Positions 12,766-26,762 of a DNA stretch of 64,000 nt are shown piece after piece. Where the stretch lies: positions 1-64,000 of the forward strand of contig NW_021833291.1 of NCBI RefSeq assembly GCF_006345805.1, written 5' to 3'. Position 1 is the stretch's first letter; the number at the start of each line of letters is the position of its first letter. The DNA comes from Octopus sinensis (Eukaryota). A model generated the notes under the pieces. That model was not told the DNA's origin and made no database searches. It saw only the letters and a program-made list of their open reading frames with translations. Made by a program: the position numbers and the translations under genes.

Positions 12766-12969
12766 CTTGTGCGTACAAATGCACGTTCCCACGGCTTTGC
12801 CAATCGTATTCTCCCCTGGAATCGATTTTTGTTATTTTTTCAAGTCATACACACCCCCTGATACCACCAGTATCTACATATCAAATTTGAGTGCAATCGG
12901 ATGGAGGATGCCCGAGATCCTAGAAGACACACAGACAGACAGACAGAACGGGAGAACGGGTTTTATATA

Positions 12970-12972
<3 letters not shown>
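12766..12972 (-). mobile_element. Non-autonomous Helitron, duplicate of 2813-3009
   Basis: Same structure as 2813-3009, with the terminal CTAG changed to CAAG. Confidence 0.7.
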
Positions 12973-13006
<34 letters not shown>

Positions 13007-13086
13007 TTTTAATATTTCTTTGTAGTTTGATCGTTGATGATCTATTTCTAGCATGCGGCCAACCACCTAACGGTCGTGCCCTGTCA

Positions 13087-13134
<48 letters not shown>

Positions 13135-13279
13135 CCATCATTCTAACCATACAACATACATATATATTTGTTTATATATCAGGGCATTACCATACATAAG
13201 TACCTCACACTATGAGGAACTATTACAGTCAAACTACCATAACAAACACATACGTATATATATATATATATATATATAT

Positions 13280-14045
13280 ATGCTTTCAATTTGACCATAG
13301 ATTCCCTATTTCTCGGTCAGTTTAAACACAAACCAGCTGCACTCTGCTACACCCTCTATAAATTCCCTACTGGGATTCACCAACTTTAAGAGAATCTTAC
13401 ATTGCTTATAAACTCTACATCTGGATGGACTCATATTAAACTCTGTTGGACTTTTGGATTTTACTCAAAGGATACTGGAATATTGCACATATATACCCTG
13501 ATGCCTATAAAACGGATTTACGAATCCAATACCCATACATATCTTACATCTATTTTCTTTCCTCCATCTCACTCGCTATTTGTATCACATCGAAACTATG
13601 ACTTAATTTTTCCTCTCACACCGTCTCTGATGAAGGGATATTATTAATTAATATCCTACAAACAGCTGTAAGACCTTCTATCTATAAATGCTCTAATATC
13701 TATACAGCCTTGGTTTTTTTATCTCATTACGCAAAAAATTCATATATTTAATCGAAAACTGTTTGATTTCCTTATTTTCCTTCTTTTTACCTGTGTGAGT
13801 TACAGGTAAGGTTATCTGTGGAATCATATTTTGTAGCGAAGAAGAAATAACGGTCTTTTGGCTGCTATTTCTAAATTTTCGGTATGTGGTGAAGCAACTT
13901 GTTGCTAAACCCTTAATTACTGTTATAATTAAATATAAAACTTCTTGCATAAGTTTTTACTGAATATGGTTCTTTTCCATACCGAAACTACTTGGTAAAA
14001 TTTATTAATTATAAATTAATAATTTTTTTAACTTATATCTATAAA
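13280..14045 (+). mobile_element. Solo Penelope-like pseudo-LTR fragment present only in copy B
   Basis: Contains a hammerhead fold and a donor-like cag/gtaagg. The 3' terminus cataccga..ctacttggtaaaatt is shared with 30870-30930. It is flanked by (TA)n. Confidence 0.6.
13623..13674 (+). ncRNA. Minimal type I hammerhead ribozyme with a G12C substitution (probably inactive)
   Basis: gtct CTGATGA a-gggatatta-ttaat-taatatcct-a CAAA c-agct-g TA agac. Stem I is gtct/agac, stem II is long, stem III is the perfect palindrome acagctgt, and the site is GUA. C stands where G12 is required. Confidence 0.75.
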
Positions 14046-14874
14046 ATATATATATATATACATATATGTATATATATATATATTTAATAACGAACCACTC
14101 TGGAAATTTTATTTTTGTAAAATGTTGGGAGTGGGTAAAATTGCGGACCCAAAAAGGGTTTTCTGGGATATTAGGTGGGTCACAGCATTTCATTCAACAA
14201 AATAAAAAAAAAAGATTTCCAATGATTCTGGAATGGCGCAGAGGGTCCCCTTCGAACCCTATTCCTAAAGGGATTTGCAGCATATTAGGAGGTCACGGTA
14301 CTTGATTTCATGCAAAAAAATGTGATTTTTTTTCCCTTAGTGAAAATGGTGCTGGTGAAAAGATCACTGAGGATGGGGGTGGGTACAATTTCCGAGGCTT
14401 CCGCCTCACCCCACTCCATTTATCAGACCCCCTAAAAGGGTTTTGTAGCATATTAGGTCACGGGAATTCATCCAACAAAAACCAAAAATAATAATTTCCA
14501 ATGATTTGGGAATGGGGTGGGAGTGCGTCCCCGTCGTGGCACCCTTTTCTTCTGAACCATAATAAGTGATTTCCAGCATATTTGGAGGTCAGGGTACTTC
14601 ATTCCATGCAAAAAAAATTCGAGTTTTTTTCTTTCTTGGTGAAAATCGTGCGGGTGTTAATCTGAAAGTTTACCGAGGTACGACACCACCCCTCCCCACC
14701 ACTGCTAACAAGATATTGTATATAAAGGGTGCAGTGTAGCAGCGATAACCCGCTAGTGGAGAATCTGCCTTGGGTTAAACTAGTAGTAACCTTCTGCAGC
14801 CACTTTGATGTGCTGACTCACTTTACTTTGTGAGATTTTACAAACTACACACACACACACACACACTATAATGG

Positions 14875-14910
<36 letters not shown>

Positions 14911-15735
14911 GTCTGTCTGTCTGTCTGTCTCTCTATCTATCTGGCTGTCTGTCTCTCGCTCTCCCTCTCTCTCTATTTATTATGTAATGAAAGAAAGGAC
15001 ATCACCATCATGAAATACAACAATGTCTCTTTCAACACACAACTTCACATGAAGAATCCGGCAAAACAAATGCATAAAAGTATGCTTGTGTCTGTGTGAA
15101 TCTTTTATCTTTAACGTGTTTCAGACATTAGACTGTGGCCATGCTGGAGCAACACCTTGAAGAATTTCTAGTCGAAGAATTGAACCCAGTACATCTTTGT
15201 GTTAAGCCTTGTATTTATTCCATCGATCCCTCCATATAGCACCTTCTTTTTCACTCGCTCATCCTCTCTCTCTCTCTCTCTATTTCTAACAAACTGAGTC
15301 ACAATGCAAATATTTCCTTCAGGCATTACACAGTATAATGTGTGATTTAAAGGGATTTGACTGCTATTTCTGCAAGAGAAAATATCGATACAACTATATT
15401 CACAGATATACAAGAAGTGACTCCCAGACCTCAAAAAGAATTATAGTTCCTCATCCATGCCAGAAATTTTAAGGGGACAGGTTAAATCGACATTTACCGA
15501 AAGGGGTCTAGTCACCAGATACGGGTCCTGCATGGCCTCATTAGACACACATAAGAGAGTACGCTGTAATTAATTGGTAATTCCAACGAGCCTACTTTCA
15601 TTGCAGATAATCCCCTCAGATATTACACAGTATGATGTGTGATTTCAGGAGATTTGACTGCTATTTCTAGAAGGAGATGTATTAGTACAACTATATTGAT
15701 ATATATTATTGTTGCTATGGTGCGTGTTTGTGTGT

Positions 15736-15772
<37 letters not shown>

Positions 15773-15993
15773 CAGTGGGGAAGCTGGTAGAATCGTTGCC
15801 ATGCTGGAGGAAATGCTTAATCGCATTTTGTATAGCTTCATGTTGTGAGTTCAAGTTCTGCCTCAGTCAATTTATCCATTTCATCGTTCCAGGGTCAATA
15901 AATTAAGTACCAGTCAAATACTAAGGATGAAGTAATTGATTAGTTGCCCACAGTAATTGCAGGCCTTGTGCTAATAGTAAAAAGTGAATTAGA

Positions 15994-16041
<48 letters not shown>

Positions 16042-16319
16042 GATAGATCTCTTATAGTATGTGTGTGTGTGTGTGTATAAGCCGATGAGGTGACAGAATC
16101 GTTCACACGCAGTGTCGTTGGAGTCAATTAGTTGCCTCTACTAGAATTCCAGGCCTTGTTTTCTTTAGACAAAGAATGATCACATATGTGTATGGTAGAA
16201 AGCGGAAGTCTCCATGGGTGCCCTGGGACTGAATGTCGATGTGGGTGAAGATTACAAGGAAAATTTCTGCTCCCAAATTCTGAGAAGAAAAGAGAGTAAC
16301 AGACAAATGGATAGATGGA

Positions 16320-17417
16320 TGGCTGTGAGATTTGGCTGTTATTTCTTGCAGCAGGTCTACTGTACATTAAGCATTGATACGTTATATATTTAGATCTTGG
16401 TTTTCTGCATCCTTCTCTCGTTTTCTGTGTCCGTCTTTGCATATAATTTTGCTAAGCTCTTGCTGTTGTTTCTAGCATATGAAATGTTGCAGTTTCATGG
16501 ACCTGTTGTATTGGATTTGTGTCGTGTGACAAATAGGTGTACAATTTATAAACTGCAATTAATTTCAGAAGAACAGTAGATTGGAGGGGCATTTAGCTGC
16601 TATTTCAAACACCTCTAGCTATCATGTACACTTCAGCTTTCATCAGCTAATATATAAATATGTATGGAGTTAGAAGAGACGGTATGATGTTGTTTCAACG
16701 TAGATTTGGCTGCTATATCTAGCAGCTCTGGCATTCGTTTGCATTTTACACATGATTAATTTAATTTTCTCATTAAATTAAACTTTAATTTGCATTTAAG
16801 TATAACAGTGAAATTATTACAACAACCAAAACTAGTTACAAACACACAATTACATATGCTAGAAACAGCAGCTATATAGAAGTATTTCATGTTTCTTTTT
16901 ACACAGTTTCCTTTCCAAAAACGTGTGTCTACGTAAAGTTTGTGCTTCAGTACAAGAGACTGAGTGAATATGTATAGGGGATGGGGGTCGGTTTTCTGAA
17001 ATAAAATCTGTGAGACTGGTGCCCCTAAATCAGCATAAGCAACAAGGGTATGGATGTATTCGGCAGAGGAAGGAATGGAAGCCACATTTAGGAGAATATC
17101 TTTGCATCGTTTAGGAGTGTGTGAGGGAAGACGACTGGGAACAAACGAATGGATTGATATCTATGTATATACATTTGTACTTATATATTATATATCTCCC
17201 TCCATCTAACTATACAACATGCATTCACATACAGGTGTGGCTGTGTGGTAAGAAGCTTGTTTCCCAACCACACACTCAGGGTTCAGTCCCTGTATGACAA
17301 CTTGGACAAGTGTCTTCTACTACAGCATCTGGCCAACCAAAGTCTTGTGGGTAGAATTTGGCTGGCGGAAAATAAAAGAAGCCCATCGTATATTTATACC
17401 CATACATACATACTATA

Positions 17418-17501
<84 letters not shown>

Positions 17502-19438
17502 ATATATATATAATATATATATATATACATATATATATACACACACACACACAGAGAGGTGAGCTGGCAGAATTGATAGTGCACCGGACAAAGTACGTAG
17601 CGGTTTTTCACCTGTCACTATATTCTGAGTTCAAATTTCGTCAGGGTCAACTTTGCCTTTCAACCTTTCAGGGTCAATAAATGAAGTACCAGTGAAACAT
17701 TGGAGTCGATCTTATCAACTCGACACCCCCCCGCAAAACTTTCAGGCCTCGTGCCTATAGTACAATAGATATATATATATATGTGTGAGTGTATATATCT
17801 GTGTGTGTGTATATATATATATATATATAATATATATAATATATATATTCATGTGTGTATATCTGAACCCCACCCCACATAACCATCACTTGACAACCTA
17901 TGTTGGTCTGTTTACAACCCTTTAAGTTAGTTTGGCAAAAGGGACTGATAGAATAAGTCCTGGGCTTACGAAGAATAAATCCTGGGGTCGATTTGTTTGA
18001 CTAAAACCCTTTAAGGCAGTGCTCCAGCATGGCCGCAGTCAAATAACTGAAACAAGTAAAAGAAACAAAGAATGTAATATATTTAGATGCAGGGTTTCCC
18101 ATCCAGGGGTGCACACACCGCTTGGGGGTGCGAGCAGGGCTGGATTTATATGGGGTCAAAGTCGGCAATTGCTCCGGGCACCTTTATTCTTATATAAACT
18201 ATTACTTTAAGGGGTGTGAGAACATATTAAAGGTTTTTAAGGGTGCAGGGCATAAAAAAGGTTGGGAACCCCTTTGATAGATAAACAGACAGATGTGAGA
18301 TTTGGCTGCTATTTCTAGCAGTAACTCTGGCATCCATTAAGCATTGAAACATTCTATATTTAAATGTCTTTTCTTTCTGTCTCCCTCTCAGTATTTTCTG
18401 TATCCTTCTTCACATATATTTTTGCTCAAGTCTTGCTGTTGTTTCTAGCATAGGAAACGTCTCAGTTTAATGGACCCTTTGTATTTGTCTTGTTTTGCGT
18501 GACAAATAGGTGTAGAATTTATAGACTGAAGTTAATTTCAGAACTACAGCAGATTGGAGGGACATTTGGCTGCTATTTCAAACAAATCTAGCTATCATTT
18601 TCATTGGCTTCAATTTTTATCGGCTCATATATAAATATGGATGGAGTTACGTGAGGCAGTATGATGCTGTTTCGACGTAGATTTGGCTGCTATTTCTAGC
18701 AGCCCTTGCTTTCATTTACTTCTTATACATCATGAATTTCGTTTTCTTTTCTAAATTAGACTTCATTTTCCATTTAATTATTCCAAAGAAATTAATACAA
18801 AACTGGAAAACCATATAAGACAAATAGATAGATAGACAGCTGTGATTCAGTGAGTTTTGACTGCTATTTCTAGCAGCAAGTCTATAAAATAGTTACAAAT
18901 GCACAATTAATACAAGTTGAAGCTAGAAACAACAGTTAAAGGAATGTATCACATATTTTTTTATAAAGTCTCCTTTCCAAAGCTTTGTGCCTAGGTTTAG
19001 TTTGTTGTTTGAGTAGAAGGGACGGAGGGAATATGTTTGGGGTCGATTTTCTGAAATAAAATCCTTGAGACTGGTGCCCCAGAATTGACAGAACAAACAA
19101 GACGAGTAAAATCGGCAGAGGAAGGAATGGAACCAACATGTTGGAGTATACCTTGGTGTCGTTTAGGAATGTGTGTGGGAAGACAATCGGGAAGAAACGA
19201 GTCGACACAGGTACCAGTAATGCAAACTGGCATCGGCCAGGCTCTGTCATAAGAAGTTTGCTTCCCAACCACATGTTTCCAGGTTCAATCCTACTGTGTG
19301 GCACCTTAGGCAAGTGTCTTTTAAATGACCCTTAAGTCAACCAAAGCCTTGTGAGTGGATCTGCTAGATGGAAACTGAAAGAAGCCCATCATATATGTAT
19401 GTATGTATATCTATATGTATGTATATATATACATATAC

Positions 19439-19471
<33 letters not shown>

Positions 19472-20566
19472 CATATTCATTTGTATGTGTCTACCCTACA
19501 CCACACATCCCCATCGTATGACAACCGATGTTGGTCTGTTTATGTCCCTGTGACTTTGATTTGACAAAAGAGACTGATAGAATAAGTACTAAACTTACAA
19601 AGATTTGTTTGACAGAAACCCAGTAAGGTGGTGCTCCAGCAGGGCCACAGTGAAATAACTGAAACAAATAAAAGAATAAATAAATGTACAAGAATAAAAG
19701 AATGTATATATATATATATATATTTATATAAATAGAGAGACAAACAGACAGACAGACAAATAGATAGATAGACAGCTGTGATTCAATTTCTTTTGGCTGC
19801 TATTTCTAGCAAGTACATTTAACATTGATACATTATATATTTCGATCTTTTTTTGTTTTTGCTTTCCTCCCAGTTTTTTCTCTGTCCGTCTTTGTATATA
19901 TTTTTGCTAAACACTTGCTGTTGTTCTAGCATATGAAATGACACAGTTTAATGGACCTGTTGTATTGGATTTGTTTTGCATGACAAACAGGCAGCGTAGA
20001 ATTTAAACTGTACCAAATTTCAGAAGTACAGAGGATTGGAGGGGCATTTGGCTGCTATTTCAAGCAACTCTAGCTATATAACTATGTATGGAGTTACGTG
20101 AGACAATATGGGGGGCTTTCTCTCTGTAAATTTGGCTGCTATTACTAGCAGCTCTTGCATTCAGTTGCATTTATATATCATGCTTTAATTATATTTTTAA
20201 TTAGGCATTAATTTGCATTTAATTATTAAAATGAAATTAATACAACAACAAAAAACTAGTTACAGACACAAACTTAAATACAAAGTTTGCTAGAAACAAC
20301 AGTTATATGAATGCATTGCATATTTTCTCACAAAGGGTCCCTTCCCAAAATATACGTCTAGATTTGGTTTGTGCTTCAGTACAAGAGACTAACTGAATAC
20401 GTATGGGGTGGATTTATAAAGTAAAATCTGTGAGACTGATGCCCCCAAATCAACATAACGAGGCTACGAATATAATCGGCAGAGAAGGAATGGAACCCGC
20501 ATGTCAGAGTATATCTTGTCATAGTTTACGAATGTATTTGGGAAGATGACTGGGAGATACGAATGG

Positions 20567-20570
<4 letters not shown>
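16320..20570 (+). repeat. Three diverged tandem units in copy B (16320-17155, 18290-19215, 19773-20570)
   Basis: Duplicates of the units at 4955-9131. Confidence 0.85.
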
Positions 20571-20597
<27 letters not shown>

Positions 20598-20728
20598 CAT
20601 CATTCTAGCTATACAACATATATTTACATATATATATGTTTATATATCAGGGCATTACCATACATAAATGCTTCACACTACGAGGGACTATTAAAGTCAA
20701 ACTACCATAATAAATACATTATATGTGC

Positions 20729-20769
<41 letters not shown>

Positions 20770-21023
20770 ATGTTTGTGTGCTCCACAAATGTATAGGCAC
20801 AGGTGTTCCTGTGTGGTAAGAAGTTTGCTTTCCAACCACAGGGTTCTGTGTTCAGTCCTACTGCATGGCACCTAGGGCAATTTTCTTCTATTTTGACCTC
20901 GGGCCTTGTAAGTGGACCTTGTCAGATGGAAACTGAAGTGAGCCCATATATGTATATATATACATATATATATATATGTATATATATAGATAGATAGATA
21001 CATAGATAAATATATGTATATAT

Positions 21024-21420
21024 AGTGGCTGTGGTAAGTAGCTTGCTAACCAGCCACATGGTTCCGTGTTCAGTCCCACTGCGTGGCATCTTGGGCAAGT
21101 GTCTTCTGCTATAGCCCCGGGCCGACCAATGCCTTGTGAGTGGATTTGGTAGACGGAAACTGAAAGAAGCCTGTCGTATATATGTATATATATATATGTG
21201 TGTATGAGTTTGTGTGTCTGTGTGTCCCCCAACATCGTCTGACAACCGATGCTGGTGTGTTTACGTCCCTGTCACTTAGCAGTTTGGCAACAGAGACCGA
21301 TAGAATAAGTACTGGGTTTGCAAAAGAATAAGTCCCGGGGTCGATTTGCTCGGCTAAAGGCGGTGCTCCAGCATGGCCGCAGTCAAATGACTGAAACAAG
21401 TAAAAGAGAAAGAGAAAGAA
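21024..21420 (+). mobile_element. Near full-length tRNA-derived SINE, family 1
   Basis: A-box tggctgtgg, B-box tgttcagtccc, conserved body, internal (TA/TG)n and an agtaaaagag tail. Partial copies lie at ~5868-6030, 7790-8245, 17232-17395, 19235-19700, 23490-23625, 27526-27670 and 45806-45950 (+), and 53757-53912 and 60115-60272 (-). Confidence 0.85.
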
Positions 21421-22393
21421 AGAGATATATATATATATATATTCATGTGCATGTAGGTGTGTCTGTCTGTGTGTCTGCCTCCCTCCCACCCTCATCATAA
21501 CTTGACAACCGATGGTGGTGTGTTTACATCCCTGTAATTTCATTCGGTAAAAAAGACTGCCAGAATATGTACTAAGCTTTCAAAGAGTAAGCCCTGGAGT
21601 CAATTTGTTTGGCTAAAGCCCTTTAAGGCATTGCTCCAGCATGACCACAGTCCCATTGCTGACACAAGTAAAAGAATAAAAGAGTGTTTATATATCTATA
21701 CAGATGGATGGTTAGATAAATAGATAGAGAGAAAGATAGAAAGAAAGATAGATAGAGAATATGATGATACTGTGGTGCCCCTGCATGGCCGTGACCTTTA
21801 CACCAGAGGTCAATACTACATATGTATATATATGTGTGTGTGTGTCTGTGTGTGTGTGTATAGATATTCTTTTAGTTACATGACAGTGGCCATGTTGGAG
21901 CACCACCTTCAGTCAGGCATATCAACCCCAGGACTTATTCATTGTAAGCCTTGTACTCATTCTGTCAGTCACTGTTGCTGAACCACAAAGTTACAGGGAT
22001 GTAAACACACCAACATCGGTTGTCAAGCAATGGTGTGGACAACCACAGACAAACAAATATATACATACAGTGGTGGGGAAATAAATATTCGTGATGTGTC
22101 ATAATTCTTTATTTATTTAATTTCTAATGAACATAAATGGGATATACCAATACTATATTTGCATTCACTTGCATAAACTAAGAATACTTTTTCACCCCTA
22201 AATATTTATAATTGTATATAAATTCCTTAGTTACTATAATTTATTAGTTTCATTTGCATATTCTTAGTTTATGCATGTGTATGCAAATATAGTATTGGTA
22301 TATCCCATTTTCCTATCATTTTCCCTAAACATGTTAGGTATTTAACCAGCAACTCCTTGAATGGTGCCATCCCTTAACTAAGGCGAAATTCAC

Positions 22394-22438
22394 CTCTAAT
22401 TGAACTTATGAATATATGAAAACATCCAAGATTGTATT
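22394..22438 (-). CDS. Candidate 45-nt phase 1-1 internal exon (YNLGCFHIFISSIR) of an unidentified - strand gene
   Basis: Strong acceptor ttttcctttttcctatcAG, donor GAG/GTGAAT and an open frame. No homology recognised. Confidence 0.3.
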
Positions 22439-22919
22439 CTGATAGGAAAAAGGAAAACACCCAAAGGTGCTGCTTCACCTTTTTAATCAGTGAACGGAAA
22501 TAAAAATAGAATAAATAAATTTATTTTTAATAAATTCAAAATAACACAATGATTGTGATGGTGATGATGATGATGATGACGAAGGTGATAATGCTGTTGT
22601 TGTTGGTGGTGGTGGTGGTGTTGGTGGTGTTGGTGTAAGTATTTGCATCCAGACTGAAGAAAGTGAAATTTATACAGAACAATGCATATTCATTAGAAAA
22701 ACCACAGTTTCTAAGGGTTTTAAAAGCAAAACCCTTGAGATGACCCCGAATCTGTAAATGAATGTGTTATCAGTTTGCAAAGAGGTTTCAATTATATTTA
22801 TTTTTGTCTAAAGGCAGCTTAGCCATTGTGACACAAAAGCAGATTGTTAGATGTTGAGAGGGAGGGAGGGGAAACGAATCAAAAGAACAACAAGGATCAA
22901 TGATTCAGAGTGATTATTG

Positions 22920-22964
22920 AGAGAGAGAGAGAGATGAGAGAGAGTGGAGAGGAGAGAGAGAGGA

Positions 22965-23004
<40 letters not shown>

Positions 23005-23068
23005 GATGAGAGAGAGAGGAGAGAGGGATAGAAAGAGAAGATGAGAGAGAGAGAGTGAGAGGGAGAGT

Positions 23069-23099
<31 letters not shown>

Positions 23100-23138
23100 G
23101 AGAGAGAGAAGAGAGAGAGAGAGAAAGAGAGAGAGAGG

Positions 23139-23176
<38 letters not shown>
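22920..23176. repeat. Long imperfect (GA)n polypurine tract
   Basis: About 255 bp almost entirely G and A. Confidence 0.95.
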
Positions 23177-23649
23177 GAAAGAATGAGGTGGTGTACAGGA
23201 AAACAAAAGCAATACACAAAGCATTATATTTTTAATAAATGACAGCTGAAACTAATGAATAAGATGATGATGGTGATGAGAGTGGGGTGTTTTTGTGGTG
23301 GCGGTGGTGGTGGGGATGTGAATACTTGCATTTTAGGGACCAATGTGTAAACAAAACCCTTGAGTTGTTGAGTAAATGTAAATGAATGCTTTATCAGTTG
23401 GAAACAACTGGAATTATTTCAAAATGGATTTTTAGACCTTAAGAGGGAGGAAGTGAAAATCAAATCCAAATAACAACAGGAGTGTCTTTGGATAAGAGGC
23501 TTGCTTCCCAACTACATGGTTCCAGGTTCAGTCCCACCGTGTGGCACCTTAAGCAAGTGTCATCTACTATAACCAAAGCTTTGTGAGTGGCTTTGGTAGA
23601 CAGAAACAGAAAGAAGTCCATCCTGAATATATGAGTGTGTGTTTGTGTA

Positions 23650-23711
<62 letters not shown>

Positions 23712-24023
23712 TATGTGTGTGTGTGTGTGTGTGTGTATGTTGATAAATATATGAGTGCAATTATGAAGGTGTTTAATCTGTACTAGTGCATGTGTGTGTG
23801 TGTATATATATGTATGTATATATATATGTATTATATATATATATATATATATATATAGATAGATAGATAGATAGATACATAGATAGGTAGATAGATAGAT
23901 ACATAGATAGGTAGATAGATAGATATAGAGTTAAATGCGGGTTTTGTTCAAATTCTTTTACTTCCTGGTACCTGTTTATGTATTTTTTCCGTGTTAATTG
24001 TTAACAAGGAAAAATACACATTC

Positions 24024-24061
<38 letters not shown>

Positions 24062-24611
24062 TGTGCATCTGTGACTGTCCACCCTCACCATCGTTTGAGA
24101 ACCAGTGTTGCTGTGTTTACACCCCTATAACTTAGCAGTTCAGCAAAAAAGACCAATAGAAAAACTACTAGGCTTACAAAGAGTAAGTCCTCGGATCGAT
24201 TTCTTCTACTAAAGGTGGTGCTCCAGCATGACCACATTGAAATTACTGAAACAAGTAAAGGAATAAGAGAATACATATACATATGTGCACACATACATAT
24301 AAGTTAGTTCTGGTAGATTATTTCCAGAGAAACCCAACCTGAGCTCTGGGCTGTTGGATTCCAGACCAATACCAAAATTCTTCAAGCATAAGAAATGCCG
24401 GTTTCACAACAGTAACACCATAGTTATGTTACTATCATACACAAACATGTATATATATATACATACATGTGTATATATAAACATGTGAGTGTGTGTGTAT
24501 GTGTATATATATACACACATATATATATACATACGTATATAAAAACAAGCATATCTATATATATGTGTGAGTATTTATGAGAAGGTTGTATGTTATTTCA
24601 GGAAAATTTCT

Positions 24612-24930
24612 TTATTATTTCTAACAAGACTATGGCTATGCTGGAGCACTGCCTTTAATTGAGCAAATCGACCCCAGTATTTTTTCTTTGTAAGCCTAGT
24701 ACTTATTCTATCAGTCTCTTTTCCTAAACTGCTAAGCTATGGGGGACATATACACACACATACATATATATAGAGAATGGGCTTCTTTCAGTTTCCATCT
24801 ACCAAATCTACTTACAAGGCTTTGGTTGGCCCCAGGCTATAGTAGAAGTCACTTGTGCAAGGTGCCACACAGTGGGACTGAACCCAGAGCCATGTGGTTG
24901 GTAAGCAATCTACTTAGTGCACAGCCACTC
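24612..24930 (-). mobile_element. SINE family 1 copy
   Basis: Reverse complement of the 21024-21420 element. Confidence 0.8.
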
Positions 24931-26181
24931 CCACACCTATACACACATAGAAATGTATATACACACAGACATGTATGTATGTGTATATCCATCTATATAT
25001 ACATACATACATAAAGATGTATACACACACACACACACATATGAGGAGGCAATGCCTACTACTCCCGGATATATTATAAGTATCCTCTTAACTGTTGCCA
25101 TATCTTCATTGCTGTTCGAGCGAAGCAGACTCACAGAATATTTCTGAGACAGAAAGACTTCAAGCCAGTATCAAAACCCAAAAACCAACCCTGGTAAATA
25201 ATATTCTTCTCCTATTTATTTAACACACAATTTACCACCACATTTACACTGCTAAACATTCATTAGACTTATTTCAAACATAAATATACTGTTATATAGA
25301 TATTGTTTTATTTGCACACACCATTTTATAGTCTAGACATTGTTTAAACATTTTGCAGTGTCACATCACACGTAAAACCTTTCATTTCCAGAATATAAAG
25401 TATGGTTGTGTTATAACTATGTCAAAACTATTTGATGGAAATGTTCATCTAAGGATAAATTCATTTTACGTAGTTTAAAGTGGATTTCTAAGTCTCAAGT
25501 GAAATTTAAAATTTGCAAATTAATTTCATGGCAGATAAATTAATTGGCTGTTTTTCATAAACTTAATTTTTTAAAAGCTTTGTTGAGGGAGAAGGGCCTG
25601 CATATGACCCTTTTATTTTCCAGGGTCTCTGACAGGGATGAGTGGGAGAAAACACATTCTCAAACAAGGGGCCTAATGTGAATGCAGACAAAAGAGAAAT
25701 CCTCTGCTAAAAGCAGCTCAGGGGCCAGCTTTTGGTGTGAAATTTGGTGATGATATAGTCTGCAACATAGGGTGGCCACAATGGGATTTGAACTCAATTC
25801 ATAAAGAACCACATTACCTACTGGAAGGCATCGTGTCCAGTATTAATTCTACCACCTCAAACTAGTATTTAAATTATTGACCCTTGCATAATAAAAGTCA
25901 AAGTTGACCATGCCAGAATTTGAACCCAGAACACAAAGTGTCAGTACTAATACCATTCTAACGACTCTACTAATTGAAATGTTTTAATTGATTTTTTATT
26001 TTAATATTAAACTTTGTATATAAATGGAATTGTTCTGGTGATTTCATTTCTATTTTATATCTTGAAGCAAACAAGAAGAATTGTTTAAATGTTAAACAAT
26101 TTGGTGACAACATATATTTTCTCTCTCAGCACATCTTTATCCTACATCAACATGTGCAATGCATTAAATATGTTTTCTCAC

Positions 26182-26253
26182 CATCTTCGATATTATTTAT
26201 CAGATGGATGGCTTCTGGGAAATATTTCACATTGTCTGCATTTAATATAAACT
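26182..26253 (-). CDS. Candidate 72-nt phase 1-1 internal exon (FILNADNVKYFPEAIHLINNIED)
   Basis: Acceptor ctttgttctttgtttgtaatAG, donor ATG/GTGAGA and an open frame, in non-repetitive DNA. Confidence 0.4.
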
Positions 26254-26732
26254 CTATTACAAACAAAGAACAAAGTCCCTAAAATGCCCCTAAAAACATA
26301 TTCAATCATGACAACTTATGGGAGGGTCATGGTTAGAGAGTTTTGACTATAGCATCGCTAGACAAGAATTAACTTTCAGTGAAAAATCAAAAATGGAAAT
26401 CATAGTTTTAATATATTTTAAACAAATGTATTTCTTTCATTTTAGATATATTTACTGTTATAAAAATAATTTAATGTTTCAATATTTCAACTTTATAAAT
26501 TGTATTTTGGAATTATAAAAGTTTTTTATAACATTTAAAAGATTGTATTTTTAATATATTTTATAAATTACATTTAAATATTGTATTTTTAATAATAATA
26601 ATATATGTTATAAATTTGTATATTTCTTCAAGTTAACAAAGAGAATTGTCTAAAAATTAAACAATTCCAAGTAACATCAGATATACCAATGAACATGCAC
26701 CTGTGTATAATGTAATTAATCATTGTTATTAC

Positions 26733-26762
26733 CTGGCCAAGGTACGACCTGGTTATGTTTCT
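26733..26762 (-). CDS. Candidate 30-nt phase 1-1 exon (KHNQVVPWP)
   Basis: Good donor CAG/GTAATA. The acceptor is weak, so the 5' boundary is uncertain. Confidence 0.25.

Larger units (their letters stand above)
12025..20945 (+). repeat. Tandem segmental duplication, copy B (extra ~12990-14070, ~14140-14375 and 17999-18083 relative to A)
   Basis: Direct sequence identity to 1920-9490. It begins at the shared atatatgcagg, where the PLE ORF is cut. Confidence 0.95.

Noticed and set aside
25135-25190. Candidate - strand exon GWFLGFDTGLKSFCLRNI with a GTGAGT donor
   Set aside because: It is phase 0-2, which is incompatible with the neighbouring phase 1-1 candidates unless unseen exons exist. 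Left out of the model.
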